NCBI GenBank assembly: GCA_965662715.1
Contig: CBFIIS010000003.1
Span: 1 to 58,423, forward strand
Origin: Candidatus Poseidoniaceae archaeon
GTDB taxonomy: Archaea > Thermoplasmatota > Poseidoniia > Poseidoniales > Poseidoniaceae
Direction of reading: 5' to 3'
DNA: 58,423 bases
Under the pieces are notes generated by a model. It was not told the DNA's origin. It saw only the letters and a list, made by a program, of their open reading frames with translations, and ran no database searches. Every line of letters starts with the position of its first letter. Position 1 is the first letter of the stretch. Positions 27,601-36,632 of the stretch are shown here, one piece after another. The position numbers were made by a program, and so were the translations under genes.

Positions 27601-29852
27601 TCGATTCAGTCAATCCACAAGTCCTGAGTACATCCATGGATTTGTACGACCATCGTACACCTTCAAGCACTCAGACGATTCAAATTCAAATCTCCGATCA
27701 ACCCCTGCTACCGACCGATGTTCAAGCGATGGTGTGGCGTGAATGGATCGATGATACCAACATGAACAAATGGCCAGATGGTGATGAATACCAATCCTTG
27801 GGGTTGTATATTCCTAACGATTTGACGAGCCTCATTGGTCAATATACGCTTTTGCTCGATGACACCGGAGGCAGTTTGGGGCAAAAGGTTGCAGTGTACA
27901 TTACCGGTACTGATGATGCAGGCCAACACCTCGAAAAAGGAGGTTCAAATGAGAGTGGAGAACACTTGTTCATGTACCAATTAGCCGTTGATGGTGCACC
28001 AACCATCGAGCCAGGTGCTTACGCCTTCGAATCCGGCCGTGAACCGTGGCTCCACCCCCAGACTCCATACGTACTCAATGTCGAATTGAATGAACCAAAC
28101 GGTGGCTCCGACCTCACCGACGTATTTGTCGAACTCGCATCCAATCAAGGCAGCGATGTCCTTCCAATTCAGTGGGATTTCACCACAGGAAACTGCACGA
28201 CAACAAGCCCACACCTGATCGTTCTCGACTGTACCATGCTTGGTGCGGATGGTCCTGCGGACCCATATGAACGAGAAATCACGCTCAACATTGAATTCAT
28301 GCTTGCGTGGACAACACCCGATTTGGGTGAAACACGACGAGAACCAGGCGTCCGAGTCATTGATCGTGCTGGACAAGAGGTGTTCAAAACCTTCCCAGAG
28401 CACCGGTGGCGATTTTCCGCAGCGATGGAAATTCCAGAGGAGTCTGTGGCCCTCGTTCTGTCCCAAGGCACCTTACTGGGCGATGGTGCACGTCTTGCAC
28501 CCAGCAGCCCAATGGAGATTGCTGGCGGGGTTGTGTTCAGTCAGACCAATGCTGTCCCAGTCTTTGATTGTCAAGTGGATGTCTTGTTTGCCGGCCAGAC
28601 GCTTTCGGCAACAACCTATGAGGGCATTTGGTCAATGGAGCTTACAGCACCATCCGAATCGGGAACGCTCCCTCTCACATGGAGCATTGGCTGTCTTGAA
28701 GGACAGGGCGTCGATGCAACAGATAAGGAAACTTCAGTTCGATGGATCATTGTCGATGGTACAGGGCCCGAACCCGTTGAAGTCCTGAATCCGCGGCCAC
28801 AAGCGATTTTAGCAGCCGATTCCCATGAAGTTCGCGTCCTTCTGTCCGAGGAGGGTGGACTTGAAACCGATTCACTCGAGCTGGTTTGGTGGGTCGAAGA
28901 GAAAGCCACTGGCGATCGACTCCGCAATGGTGTTGAGCCCCTCGAACTTCTTGGGACAGAAACTTCAGGACTTCGCTTGGAAGTTGTTGGAAGCATTGAT
29001 CTGAGCATCATTACGCCAGAAATGCTCGAGAACAGACTTGCCCTTCACGTCGTCGTAGCGGGACGAGATCTTGCCGACAACGACATTTTGGGGCTTGGCG
29101 GCACCCCCGCAGGGACTCCGGTTGGCGTGTGGGATATGGAATGGCTCAAGCCTGAATTCGACATCGAACAAGGCGGGATCGAATACTCCCGTGTCATTAT
29201 CGAAGTTGGTCAGACCTCCATCGTCACTGCATACGTCAAAAACACCGGTACACTCGACGGAACAGTCGATCTGGTCTTCACGATTGTTGATGCTGACGGA
29301 AACCGCTCAACCTTGAGGCGAACCAGCGCCGAAGTACCGCAAAGCGGAGAAGTTGCGGTTCAAGTGGATTGGAACCCTGATTCTCCAGGGTTGCAGTGGA
29401 TCGAAGTCTCTTTGGAAAACGAGATCACTTCGAACGGCCCGTCGATTGATGTCCGGCCGGCACGTGAAGAATCCTTGACAGAACGGGTGTTTGGTGATGT
29501 CAATCCAATCATCGGTTCTGTGGCTGGTTTACTGTTCATATCCATCCTTGTGACTGGCCTCATTTACGCTACACGCATGACGCGCAAGCGTGGTTCAAAG
29601 GCCGAATATGACTGGGATGAATATTCTTCGTCATTTGAAGACGATGAGGACGATCCAGACGAGGACGATTCGACCCTCTCCTCGACAGTAGAAACCACAA
29701 CCGCCGCCGCATCAACGGCCACAACTCAAGCAACACAAGAGGAAGAAACCGATTGGGTGCGAGGCTCTGATGGCTACTGGTGGTACCACGACAAAGAAGC
29801 AGATGAATGGTGGTACAAAGATTCACAAGGAAACATCGTAAGGCACGACTAA
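24681..29852 (+). CDS. Giant (1723 aa) secreted surface glycoprotein with C-terminal CARDB-like domain, TM anchor and acidic/Trp-rich tail
   Basis: Signal peptide; many N-x-S/T sequons; VKNTGTLDG...DWNPDSPG CARDB-like; TM IIGSVAGLLFISILVTGLIY; tail WVRGSDGYWWYHDKEADEWWYKD. Confidence 0.85.
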   Translation: MAGASGLKTALFLGVLMVLGGPLNTMVMHHDDAPEHIELSDHIVAQAIAGENSTFLLPGNDVASTSFTLDVPSDAPITNVHLSMEPSVQPTQTGFTWDSNAVWSASSAVHNGTFGSDDVLTGDGGGTLWDFNTNAGGWTFSNSYSARVTSPACGINGTTGGSLRTYAGSTYATSPVIDFSGVSAMPFHAWVHEGRSGCGETPDGGEDLQFQYKTASGTWTTFNTFAGGGSQTSNFQYMTNLPPAALHTTSQVRIHQTSGSSTCCDYWFVDDVHFATPPSADWTSPTIGFGASDFQKVNAGPWAPLYLDAAVPAGGQLNWTILDGGTNQPIEGFHGSGAGWIPTNALDWTQHTSIKVHFYLEPAPDGRMASIYSLSGDGLYASQFQQDPTELGWTLGGNAYYAPFAPEHPNTPPSVNGSDGDTLLSPWLSTSGAVASAMVTAEHSNANISIRYAENEPWAQISEPFSVNLAQAEGTTGRIQVQFSTDYSLATSNGSTNSTNTTTPEWSVSGLELGLMAGLQPATPSIDFEGDGIFEWGGSDARVGSWGMQDRFENGQTSMAVNPGISGYATGKAWVPVTDLSSFSFSAVSYNGNLDGVLLRVGNDEIANWSLNGSAYLALDSNQLDLFTTTLASQTSTVGALGTSFAEVTFEITGTGDVTLGGLAIPYATGTSIDAGSDSSFVLALNTIRFGLTPSNGLHQITVPFSSSTPGGLHVAVEGMNTSSAVQMVGTEMLIDDPVLTPSQRWQTMNTTYNLYGSSASLARLDVTDGTTTGTWLLPMSGSTPVGIGSFEHIELHPDSPLVVIENGVETTISITFRIEPTWDDAEQLRVTSRLVLTNTVISIPSVHVWGGPGVQGYENDLEIQDVVFTDVDNGRTLNSADYYLKAGIDVAFSARIGFEGLNTIDAFADGDALLSLYRGETMVANTTSLADNFWNYTDTVPFTFGELTWRLEITSINGSGLTEDAVFERTFHIDSVNPQVLSTSMDLYDHRTPSSTQTIQIQISDQPLLPTDVQAMVWREWIDDTNMNKWPDGDEYQSLGLYIPNDLTSLIGQYTLLLDDTGGSLGQKVAVYITGTDDAGQHLEKGGSNESGEHLFMYQLAVDGAPTIEPGAYAFESGREPWLHPQTPYVLNVELNEPNGGSDLTDVFVELASNQGSDVLPIQWDFTTGNCTTTSPHLIVLDCTMLGADGPADPYEREITLNIEFMLAWTTPDLGETRREPGVRVIDRAGQEVFKTFPEHRWRFSAAMEIPEESVALVLSQGTLLGDGARLAPSSPMEIAGGVVFSQTNAVPVFDCQVDVLFAGQTLSATTYEGIWSMELTAPSESGTLPLTWSIGCLEGQGVDATDKETSVRWIIVDGTGPEPVEVLNPRPQAILAADSHEVRVLLSEEGGLETDSLELVWWVEEKATGDRLRNGVEPLELLGTETSGLRLEVVGSIDLSIITPEMLENRLALHVVVAGRDLADNDILGLGGTPAGTPVGVWDMEWLKPEFDIEQGGIEYSRVIIEVGQTSIVTAYVKNTGTLDGTVDLVFTIVDADGNRSTLRRTSAEVPQSGEVAVQVDWNPDSPGLQWIEVSLENEITSNGPSIDVRPAREESLTERVFGDVNPIIGSVAGLLFISILVTGLIYATRMTRKRGSKAEYDWDEYSSSFEDDEDDPDEDDSTLSSTVETTTAAASTATTQATQEEETDWVRGSDGYWWYHDKEADEWWYKDSQGNIVRHD

Positions 29853-29868
29853 GAAGGCGCTGAGTTCG

Positions 29869-31632
29869 ATGTCCCGGTCAATTGCACTGCTCCAAGGTGA
29901 TTCCACCGTAGGTGACTTAGAAGGCAACGCAAAGCGCCTTGAAGCACTGGCGGAATTGGCTGCTTCGCATGGTGCAGTTCTGGGTTTGAGCACAGAATTG
30001 GCCATCTGCGGCTACCCTCCAAGAGATTTGCTTTTGCAATCAGATTTTGTCCTCAAGGCACAATCCAAGGCAAGCGAATTATCGGTTCCTATCCCCGTTC
30101 TCGTTGGCACTCCACTCGCTCCCGAACATGAAAAGCAACTACCAAGCAATGGTGTTGTTCGGTGCGGTCCAACCGCATCATCGCCGACCAATGGAACTCG
30201 AGTTGTTGCCAAAAAGCAATTGCTTCCAACCTACGATGTGTTCGATGAAGCCCGATATTTCAAACCTGATAACCGGCCAGGAATTGCACGAACGATTGCA
30301 GGTCTTGATTTGGGTGTGACCGTATGTGAAGATGCCTGGCAAGCAGCGGGTATGACCCCCTCGACATACGCTGCAGATCCGATTGAATCACTGGCTGAGT
30401 GGGGTCGTCAAGGCGTCAAACTAGATGCGACAGTCAACCTTTCTGCTTCACCATACCACGCCGACAAATTGGTTTCAAGAATTCATGTTTGCCGTACAGC
30501 CTCAGCCATACTTGGCCATCCATTTTTGATGGCGAATCAAGTTGGAGGAAACGATGATCTTCTGTTTGATGGTAATTCACTTGTCGCCTGGCCAGATGGC
30601 CGAGTTGTCATTGCCCCTGCTTGGAAAGAAGGGATTTTACTGGTCGATTTGGATGATCCTGACGCCTGCACATGGCTGGTATCATCTTCAGAAGACGCAC
30701 TTGATGTAGGTCAAGATCAATTGCGTCGGCTCCAATCTGATGATGACGGAAAGGAACAGGAACGCGATGTATTGGAAGATTTAGCGGATGCAGTCATCAC
30801 AGGTCTTTCCGACTACTGTAGGAAATCGGGCATTCAATCCATTGTACTCGGCCTTTCAGGTGGGATTGATTCTGCAGTCGCCGCTTGCGTGGCTGCCGCA
30901 GCAGTTGGGCCGTCAAATGTTACTGGAATCGCTATGCCCTCAAGACATTCATCTCAACATTCGATTGATGATGCAGCTTACACTGCAGCATCTTTGGGTC
31001 TTGTCTTCGATACCATACCAATCGATTCCATGCATGGCTCGGTCGAGGCTTCGATTGGCACCATGCTCGATGCTGGTGCACAAGTCGCAGGTGAGAATCT
31101 CCAAGCAAGATTACGGGGGTTAATCGTCATGGCACATGCCAATGCTCAAGGTAGCATGGCCATCGCCACAGGGAATAAATCAGAACTAGCCCAAGGCTAT
31201 TGCACCCTATATGGAGACATGGCAGGGGGGTATACTCCTCTTGGCGATCTCTACAAAATGCAGGTTTATGGCTTGGCTGAAGTCTTCAACCAACGTGCGA
31301 TCAATATGGGTATGCCGGAACCAGTGAATGACTCAACGCTCACCAAACCTCCCTCTGCTGAATTAGCACCTGACCAAATTGACGAGGATTCACTCCCTCC
31401 CTATCCCGTGCTTGACGCCATCCTCAAAGCCCACATCGAGGAAGGTCTTGATGGGCAAAGCATTGTCGAAAAGGGCCATGATGCCGCTATAGTGCTCGAT
31501 GTCCTCACTCGCTTAGAACGCAATGAACACAAGCGGTGGCAAATGTCTCCAGCGCCGCGCGTCTCAAGCCGTGCTTTCGGCCAAGGATGGCGTCGTCCTT
31601 TGGCGTCTCGGCACGATTGGCGTCGTTCTTGA
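29869..31632 (+). CDS. nadE: Glutamine-dependent NAD+ synthetase
   Basis: Nitrilase triad motifs TELAICGYPP / KKQLLPTY / VCEDAW; GLSGGIDS, ENLQARLRG, TGNKSE, GYCTLYGD, PSAEL. Confidence 0.96.
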   Translation: MSRSIALLQGDSTVGDLEGNAKRLEALAELAASHGAVLGLSTELAICGYPPRDLLLQSDFVLKAQSKASELSVPIPVLVGTPLAPEHEKQLPSNGVVRCGPTASSPTNGTRVVAKKQLLPTYDVFDEARYFKPDNRPGIARTIAGLDLGVTVCEDAWQAAGMTPSTYAADPIESLAEWGRQGVKLDATVNLSASPYHADKLVSRIHVCRTASAILGHPFLMANQVGGNDDLLFDGNSLVAWPDGRVVIAPAWKEGILLVDLDDPDACTWLVSSSEDALDVGQDQLRRLQSDDDGKEQERDVLEDLADAVITGLSDYCRKSGIQSIVLGLSGGIDSAVAACVAAAAVGPSNVTGIAMPSRHSSQHSIDDAAYTAASLGLVFDTIPIDSMHGSVEASIGTMLDAGAQVAGENLQARLRGLIVMAHANAQGSMAIATGNKSELAQGYCTLYGDMAGGYTPLGDLYKMQVYGLAEVFNQRAINMGMPEPVNDSTLTKPPSAELAPDQIDEDSLPPYPVLDAILKAHIEEGLDGQSIVEKGHDAAIVLDVLTRLERNEHKRWQMSPAPRVSSRAFGQGWRRPLASRHDWRRS

Positions 31633-31670
31633 GGCCGAATCTCTCATTACCAAAACGCTGTAGCAATGTC

Positions 31671-32495
31671 ATGGCCGAGACCATTGTCAACATCGCGGGC
31701 TATCGCTTTGTCGACCTGCCAGACAGAGATGAATTGCGCGGCCCAATGATTGCTGCGTGCACCACATCAGATTTGCGCGGCACCATTCTTCTGGCGCACG
31801 AAGGCATCAATTTCTTCCTCGCCGGCAGACAGGATGGCATCGACCGTTTTCTTTCATTCCTAGATCAGGATGTGAGGTTTCTCGATATTCCTTTGAAAAT
31901 CTCTCATACCGATTATCAGCCGTTTAACAGAATGAATGTACGGCTCAAAAAAGAGATTATTTCATTGGGCATGGACGAGGTTAAGCCTGCAGATTTCACA
32001 GGTGAATCAATCGCACCAACCGAATTCAAAAAGTGGCTTGATGAAGGCAAAGCCGTCACCGTGCTCGACACTCGAAATGATTACGAGATTCGTCTTGGCA
32101 CCTTTCAGAATGCATTGGATCTTGACATCAAGAGTTTCCGGGCCTTCCCAGCAGCCGTAGAAGCCATGCCAGATGAATTGAAAGACACACCAGTGGTGAT
32201 GTTTTGCACAGGAGGCATTCGATGCGAGAAGGCAAGTGTGGTGATGCTTGAAGCCGGGTTCAAAGACGTCCGCCAACTCGAAGGCGGTATTCTTGGATAC
32301 TTCGAAGAGGTTGGAGGTGCGCACTGGGACGGCGATTGTTTTGTTTTTGATCATCGAGTGGCGTTAACGCCTGAGCTCAAAGAATCAGATGCCGTTCAAT
32401 GCTTTGCATGCCGTCAGCCACTCACGCTGGAAGAGCAACAATCGCCAGAGTATGTGATTGAGGTTTCATGCCCATACTGCATCCATTTGCGTTGA
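31671..32495 (+). CDS. trhO: Rhodanese-domain protein, TrhO/YceA family (tRNA U34 hydroxylase-like)
   Basis: LRGTILLAHEGIN, RLKKEII, LDTRNDYE, FCTGGIRCEKA, QLEGGILGY, GDCFVFDHR, C-terminal CFAC...SCPYC. Confidence 0.85.
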   Translation: MAETIVNIAGYRFVDLPDRDELRGPMIAACTTSDLRGTILLAHEGINFFLAGRQDGIDRFLSFLDQDVRFLDIPLKISHTDYQPFNRMNVRLKKEIISLGMDEVKPADFTGESIAPTEFKKWLDEGKAVTVLDTRNDYEIRLGTFQNALDLDIKSFRAFPAAVEAMPDELKDTPVVMFCTGGIRCEKASVVMLEAGFKDVRQLEGGILGYFEEVGGAHWDGDCFVFDHRVALTPELKESDAVQCFACRQPLTLEEQQSPEYVIEVSCPYCIHLR

Positions 32496-34718
32496 TCACG
32501 ACGGCCAAATGAGCCATGTTCCCGACAGGTGCGCATGGCTGTAAGCATGCCATTCGTGACCAGTGTTTCCATCATTTGCTGCAAACAGAACATGGTGTTC
32601 TGTTGCATGAATTTCGCCATAGGTTGCAGAATATGAGTTGTTGTTGAGGCCCGACCAAGGATCATACACCAATTCAGGGAGGGTATTCGTGGTCAGTTTC
32701 CAAAGACATGAGCCAGTCTCAATTCCATTCTCTTGGCCACTGGCTACGACAAACAAATGATCTCCTGTTGAGGCAAATCCGCGAACTAAGGCACTTGCGG
32801 ATCCTGCCCGCATATCAGTTTCAGTCTGTGTACCAGCCACAGTTCCATCGCTGGAGCAAATCTCTTGAGCAATATTTGGAGCAACACAATCGAACCACAA
32901 CCGTTCGTTGTGGAGGGTGCCGCCAGTCAAATCACCAGGAGCGAGAATGCTGGTTGAAAGCAAGGTGGTCGTGCCTTGAGTCAAATTGTGTGCCCACAGG
33001 GATGCATCCACGCCGGAGGTCAGTGCATCGAAAATGATTCGGTCTCCAATCGCGTGGACGCCAAGATGCTCAGCAACATGGCTTGTTTGGAGGCCATTGT
33101 TGGTGTTCATCAGTGAGGTGAGCCAGGCTTGACTTCCATCATAATTCAATTGAATCAACTGACGGCCCTGGCCGTTATCGGCAACCATCACACGACCATC
33201 CTGTAGTGCTGTGGATGGGCCTGGATTCGCATCACCTGCGACCAAGTCCCAGGCAAGGAGGCGCCCATCGCTGTTGAGGGCATATGGTTCAATCCCCGTT
33301 GTTGATTTCGCTGAAAACCACAACCATTCATCTTCTGATTCCAGCAGACTGCTTTGGAAGGCAGACAGTTGTGAAAATGATCCTCTGTCGTTTGTTGACA
33401 TGCCTTGAGTCACCGACGGGTGATCAACCACATCCATGGTCGTCGAAACATTAGTCCACAGCATGGTGTTCGGTGTATTCAACATCACAAGCCCGTCATT
33501 CCACGCCACTGATGCGACGGTTGAGCTCACCGTGGTGCTGATGTTGCTTGCGAGTTTCATGGTGCCTGAGAGCGTCCCATCAGTCGACCACAACATTCGT
33601 CCATTGACGCCATCATCGGCATCAAACACGACATGCTCTTGGCCATCGACCTCGATCAGGGAAAAACCAGCATAACGGCCTGGAGATGAGTCACCGTTTG
33701 GATTGATGTCCAACAGCATCGAAGAGTGCTCGGCGGTAGCATCGCTGAACCACAACTCACAACCGTTCGCGCCATCAGACCCAGAGGTAAGCAAGCGTTC
33801 CGCTTTCGGGAGCCAAATAAGTTGGTCGCACCCAGTTGTAATTCCGTTGGTAGTTCCGATTGTATAATCGTCAATGGCGCCGATAAAGAGCGGTTGACTG
33901 CAGATGTTGAGTGTGCTTCGAACCTCGTCATCGTGTAATGAGCCATCCATGGCCATTCCATCGCCACTGCCGTCATCAATGCCAAATGCAATTTCGACAC
34001 CAACTGGGCACACGCTGGCGAGAGGTGTGTTCTGAACCACGAGGGCAGGGGCGCCATCGCCGCCCTGAATGCCTTCGGCGCCATCCATGCCTTGACCGCC
34101 CTGCGAACCGGTTGGTCCTAGGGGCCCGTTGCAGAGGAGGTTGGTGCTCTGCACCTCGTCTTCATCCAATTCGTTATTTGCATTCGTGTCAATACCGGCC
34201 AGAAGCATGATGCCTCCAGCAATGCAGGTTTCATTGCCGACTTCAATTGAAGAGGTCTCAATTAAACTTGAATCACCTGTAGTTCCTGATCCAGAATAAC
34301 CAGAAGGGCCACGTTCACCATGGCAAACCGTTGTTGTGGAAGTGATTTCATCACCGTCAAGGAATTGATTGGCGTTTAGATCAGAACCAATCATGATCAA
34401 TGAACCACCTTCTGTACATAATCCATCAGCGTCTCTGCCTTCTGTTCGGATGAGCAATTCATTGTTGCTTGGTGAATCATCACTGTCTTCGGACCAGGTT
34501 GCTACTGTGTAGAGGGCGTAACTCGAAATGCCAACTGCACCAAATAACAGCAAGACTTGCAAAAACGCGAGCACTTTGACCGACCTTCTCGAAGGCGTTT
34601 CAATTGGTAGTTCTGATGGCTGTTCACTCGGAAGTTGAGGGACTGGTTTTCCATGCTGTCTCGGGGCAGGTTCACCTGCGATAGGGGTCGGACCTTCCTG
34701 TTCGGTGGGGGTTGACAT
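32496..34718 (-). CDS. Type II membrane protein with three Cys/Asp-rich repeats, short collagen-like GXY runs and an ELWxxDGT-type propeller
   Basis: N-terminal TM; repeats C..GG...G.D.N.N..LD.DE......C; GPLGPTGSQGGQGMDGAEGIQGGDGAP; ELWFSDAT, LWSTDGT, CSSDGT. Start MSTPTEQ (34718). Confidence 0.8.
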   Translation of the reverse strand: MSTPTEQEGPTPIAGEPAPRQHGKPVPQLPSEQPSELPIETPSRRSVKVLAFLQVLLLFGAVGISSYALYTVATWSEDSDDSPSNNELLIRTEGRDADGLCTEGGSLIMIGSDLNANQFLDGDEITSTTTVCHGERGPSGYSGSGTTGDSSLIETSSIEVGNETCIAGGIMLLAGIDTNANNELDEDEVQSTNLLCNGPLGPTGSQGGQGMDGAEGIQGGDGAPALVVQNTPLASVCPVGVEIAFGIDDGSGDGMAMDGSLHDDEVRSTLNICSQPLFIGAIDDYTIGTTNGITTGCDQLIWLPKAERLLTSGSDGANGCELWFSDATAEHSSMLLDINPNGDSSPGRYAGFSLIEVDGQEHVVFDADDGVNGRMLWSTDGTLSGTMKLASNISTTVSSTVASVAWNDGLVMLNTPNTMLWTNVSTTMDVVDHPSVTQGMSTNDRGSFSQLSAFQSSLLESEDEWLWFSAKSTTGIEPYALNSDGRLLAWDLVAGDANPGPSTALQDGRVMVADNGQGRQLIQLNYDGSQAWLTSLMNTNNGLQTSHVAEHLGVHAIGDRIIFDALTSGVDASLWAHNLTQGTTTLLSTSILAPGDLTGGTLHNERLWFDCVAPNIAQEICSSDGTVAGTQTETDMRAGSASALVRGFASTGDHLFVVASGQENGIETGSCLWKLTTNTLPELVYDPWSGLNNNSYSATYGEIHATEHHVLFAANDGNTGHEWHAYSHAHLSGTWLIWPS

Positions 34719-34825
34719 ATGATTGCAGAAGAACCTCAATGGTATCAAATGCTTCGGTTCTGGCCCGAAAACGAACTTTTCACCTCCTGTTCGCTCAGTG
34801 ATGCCTTTGCAGTCCAAGGGGTGAG

Positions 34826-34831
34826 TTCATG
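34826..34831 (+). promoter_or_regulatory. Putative TATA-position element TTCATG
   Basis: 23 nt before ATG 34855; divergent partner TTGATA (34748-34743) lies 24 nt before ATG 34718. Confidence 0.55.
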
Positions 34832-34854
34832 AGCGTCCTCGCCCTCGCTCAATC

Positions 34855-36627
34855 ATGGACTTGCCCGACCGCCTTGCTTCCCAACTTGCTGGTGATGAAG
34901 GACCGACCCGGCAAAAAGCTGCCAGACTGGTTGTTGATTTGGCGATCACCGCAGGTGCATCGGGCTTCATCGAAGTAGATCACGCCCATGTATCAGGTGT
35001 TTCAGTCATCACTGGCGGGCACGGCCTTCGTCGTTTCCTTGCAGATTTGTCCAGTTCAGGTGATGGGACTGTGGTCATACCCACAACCCTCAACTCGGCT
35101 GGTTGCGACAAGGAAAAGATGGAAGAGATGGACATCGAGTGGCCAGAATTCCTTGAACAGCAATTTGAGATTGTTCAAGCCTATGAGGCGTTGGGACTTG
35201 ATGCAACACTTTCGTGCACGCCTTATGATCGTGGTATCGCCGATGAATCCGGGATTGCTTCGTGGGCAGAGTCAAACGCAGTTTGTTTCTCGAACACGTG
35301 GACATCACTGATCACCAACCGTGAATCTGGCTTGTCGGCTTTGGCCACGGCGTTAACTGGTTTTGCACCTAAATGGGGGCTTCACATTGAAGCAAATCGT
35401 ACACCAAACATCATTGTCAATGTCGAATGTGAGTTGACGACATTGTCGGATTGGTCGGTTCTTGGGGATTGGATTGGAAAGCAGGTTCGACCGGGTTGGC
35501 GCCTTCCTTGGGGGCCAATGCCGTTCATTCGTGGATTGCCAGAACATGCAAGTTTCGCTCGCAAGAAAGCCCTCACTGCAGCCGCCGCCAATTATGGAAC
35601 GCCAATGCTTTGGGCAGAGGGGTTGTCTGCTGATCCGCCACTTGGTCTTGATTCAAATGGCCACTGGGCTCCACCAGAAGGTGGTTGGCAAGGGGCGCTC
35701 ACCTTCACTGCTGATGATCTCGCCCAACGCTATGCTGAACTGGCGCCGAAAGGACAAGTCGATTTGGTCGTCATCGGTTGCCCACAAGCGAGCCTCGAAG
35801 AGATCCGGATCACAGCCTCTGCTGTTCGTTCTCATGCCGAAATGGGTTCGAAGATTCCAAATCAACGCCTATGGGTGTTCACAAGCGGCGAAAACTTCGA
35901 ACTTGCGGAAGCTGACGGAAGCATTGAACTTCTTGAGCAAGCGGGTGCAGTGATCCTCAAAGACACCTGCCCTGAAGTGACGCCCTACAACCGTTCCAAG
36001 TACAATCATCTTCTGACAAATTCCCTCAAAGCAGAGCACTATTTGACAAGCGGACTTAACCGGTTGCCGACAAGTGTGTCATCAATTCAGAAATGTGTAG
36101 CCCACGCCTTTGACCCTCACCTCTCTGCGGGAGAACGGCCAACCCTTGCCTCAAAAGCACAACCTCAACATGCCAGTAACAAAACCGTGCAAACAGGTTC
36201 AGCCACACTCAATGGTGAAGGATTGTTGAGCCAAGAATCGTTTACTGTTCGGGGGAAGGCGATGGTGACAGATGTTCCAATCACCTACCTTGGTTACGTC
36301 AATAGAGACACAGGAGTCGTTGAAGAATTTGGCCACCCACTCGATGGGCGAGCCATTGGGGATACAATTCTCATCTATCCAAAAGGGTCTGGCTCAACTG
36401 TGGCCCCGTATGTGTTGATGGGTCTTCTCTACACTGGCAAGGGGCCAAAAGCGATTGTCAACAGTGATGTTTGTCCGTTGACCCTTCCCGCATGCTCGTT
36501 GCTCAATCTACCGTATGGTCATGCCTTCGATGAAGATCCGTGCATGGCGATTAATGATGGTGATTTGATCGAAATGACCTCAGCCAATGGCCGTGTCTCC
36601 ATCGAGATCCTTGAACGAGCGAGTTGA
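34855..36627 (+). CDS. Aconitase X family protein with fused large and small (swivel) subunits; probable phosphomevalonate dehydratase
   Basis: AHVSGVS, PTTLN, SCTPY, WAESNAV, TNRESG, IGCPQAS, DTCP, TNSLKAEHY; C-terminal ITYLGYVNRDTGVV...GHPLDG...KGSGSTV. Confidence 0.85.
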   Translation: MDLPDRLASQLAGDEGPTRQKAARLVVDLAITAGASGFIEVDHAHVSGVSVITGGHGLRRFLADLSSSGDGTVVIPTTLNSAGCDKEKMEEMDIEWPEFLEQQFEIVQAYEALGLDATLSCTPYDRGIADESGIASWAESNAVCFSNTWTSLITNRESGLSALATALTGFAPKWGLHIEANRTPNIIVNVECELTTLSDWSVLGDWIGKQVRPGWRLPWGPMPFIRGLPEHASFARKKALTAAAANYGTPMLWAEGLSADPPLGLDSNGHWAPPEGGWQGALTFTADDLAQRYAELAPKGQVDLVVIGCPQASLEEIRITASAVRSHAEMGSKIPNQRLWVFTSGENFELAEADGSIELLEQAGAVILKDTCPEVTPYNRSKYNHLLTNSLKAEHYLTSGLNRLPTSVSSIQKCVAHAFDPHLSAGERPTLASKAQPQHASNKTVQTGSATLNGEGLLSQESFTVRGKAMVTDVPITYLGYVNRDTGVVEEFGHPLDGRAIGDTILIYPKGSGSTVAPYVLMGLLYTGKGPKAIVNSDVCPLTLPACSLLNLPYGHAFDEDPCMAINDGDLIEMTSANGRVSIEILERAS

Positions 36628-36632
36628 ACGAT

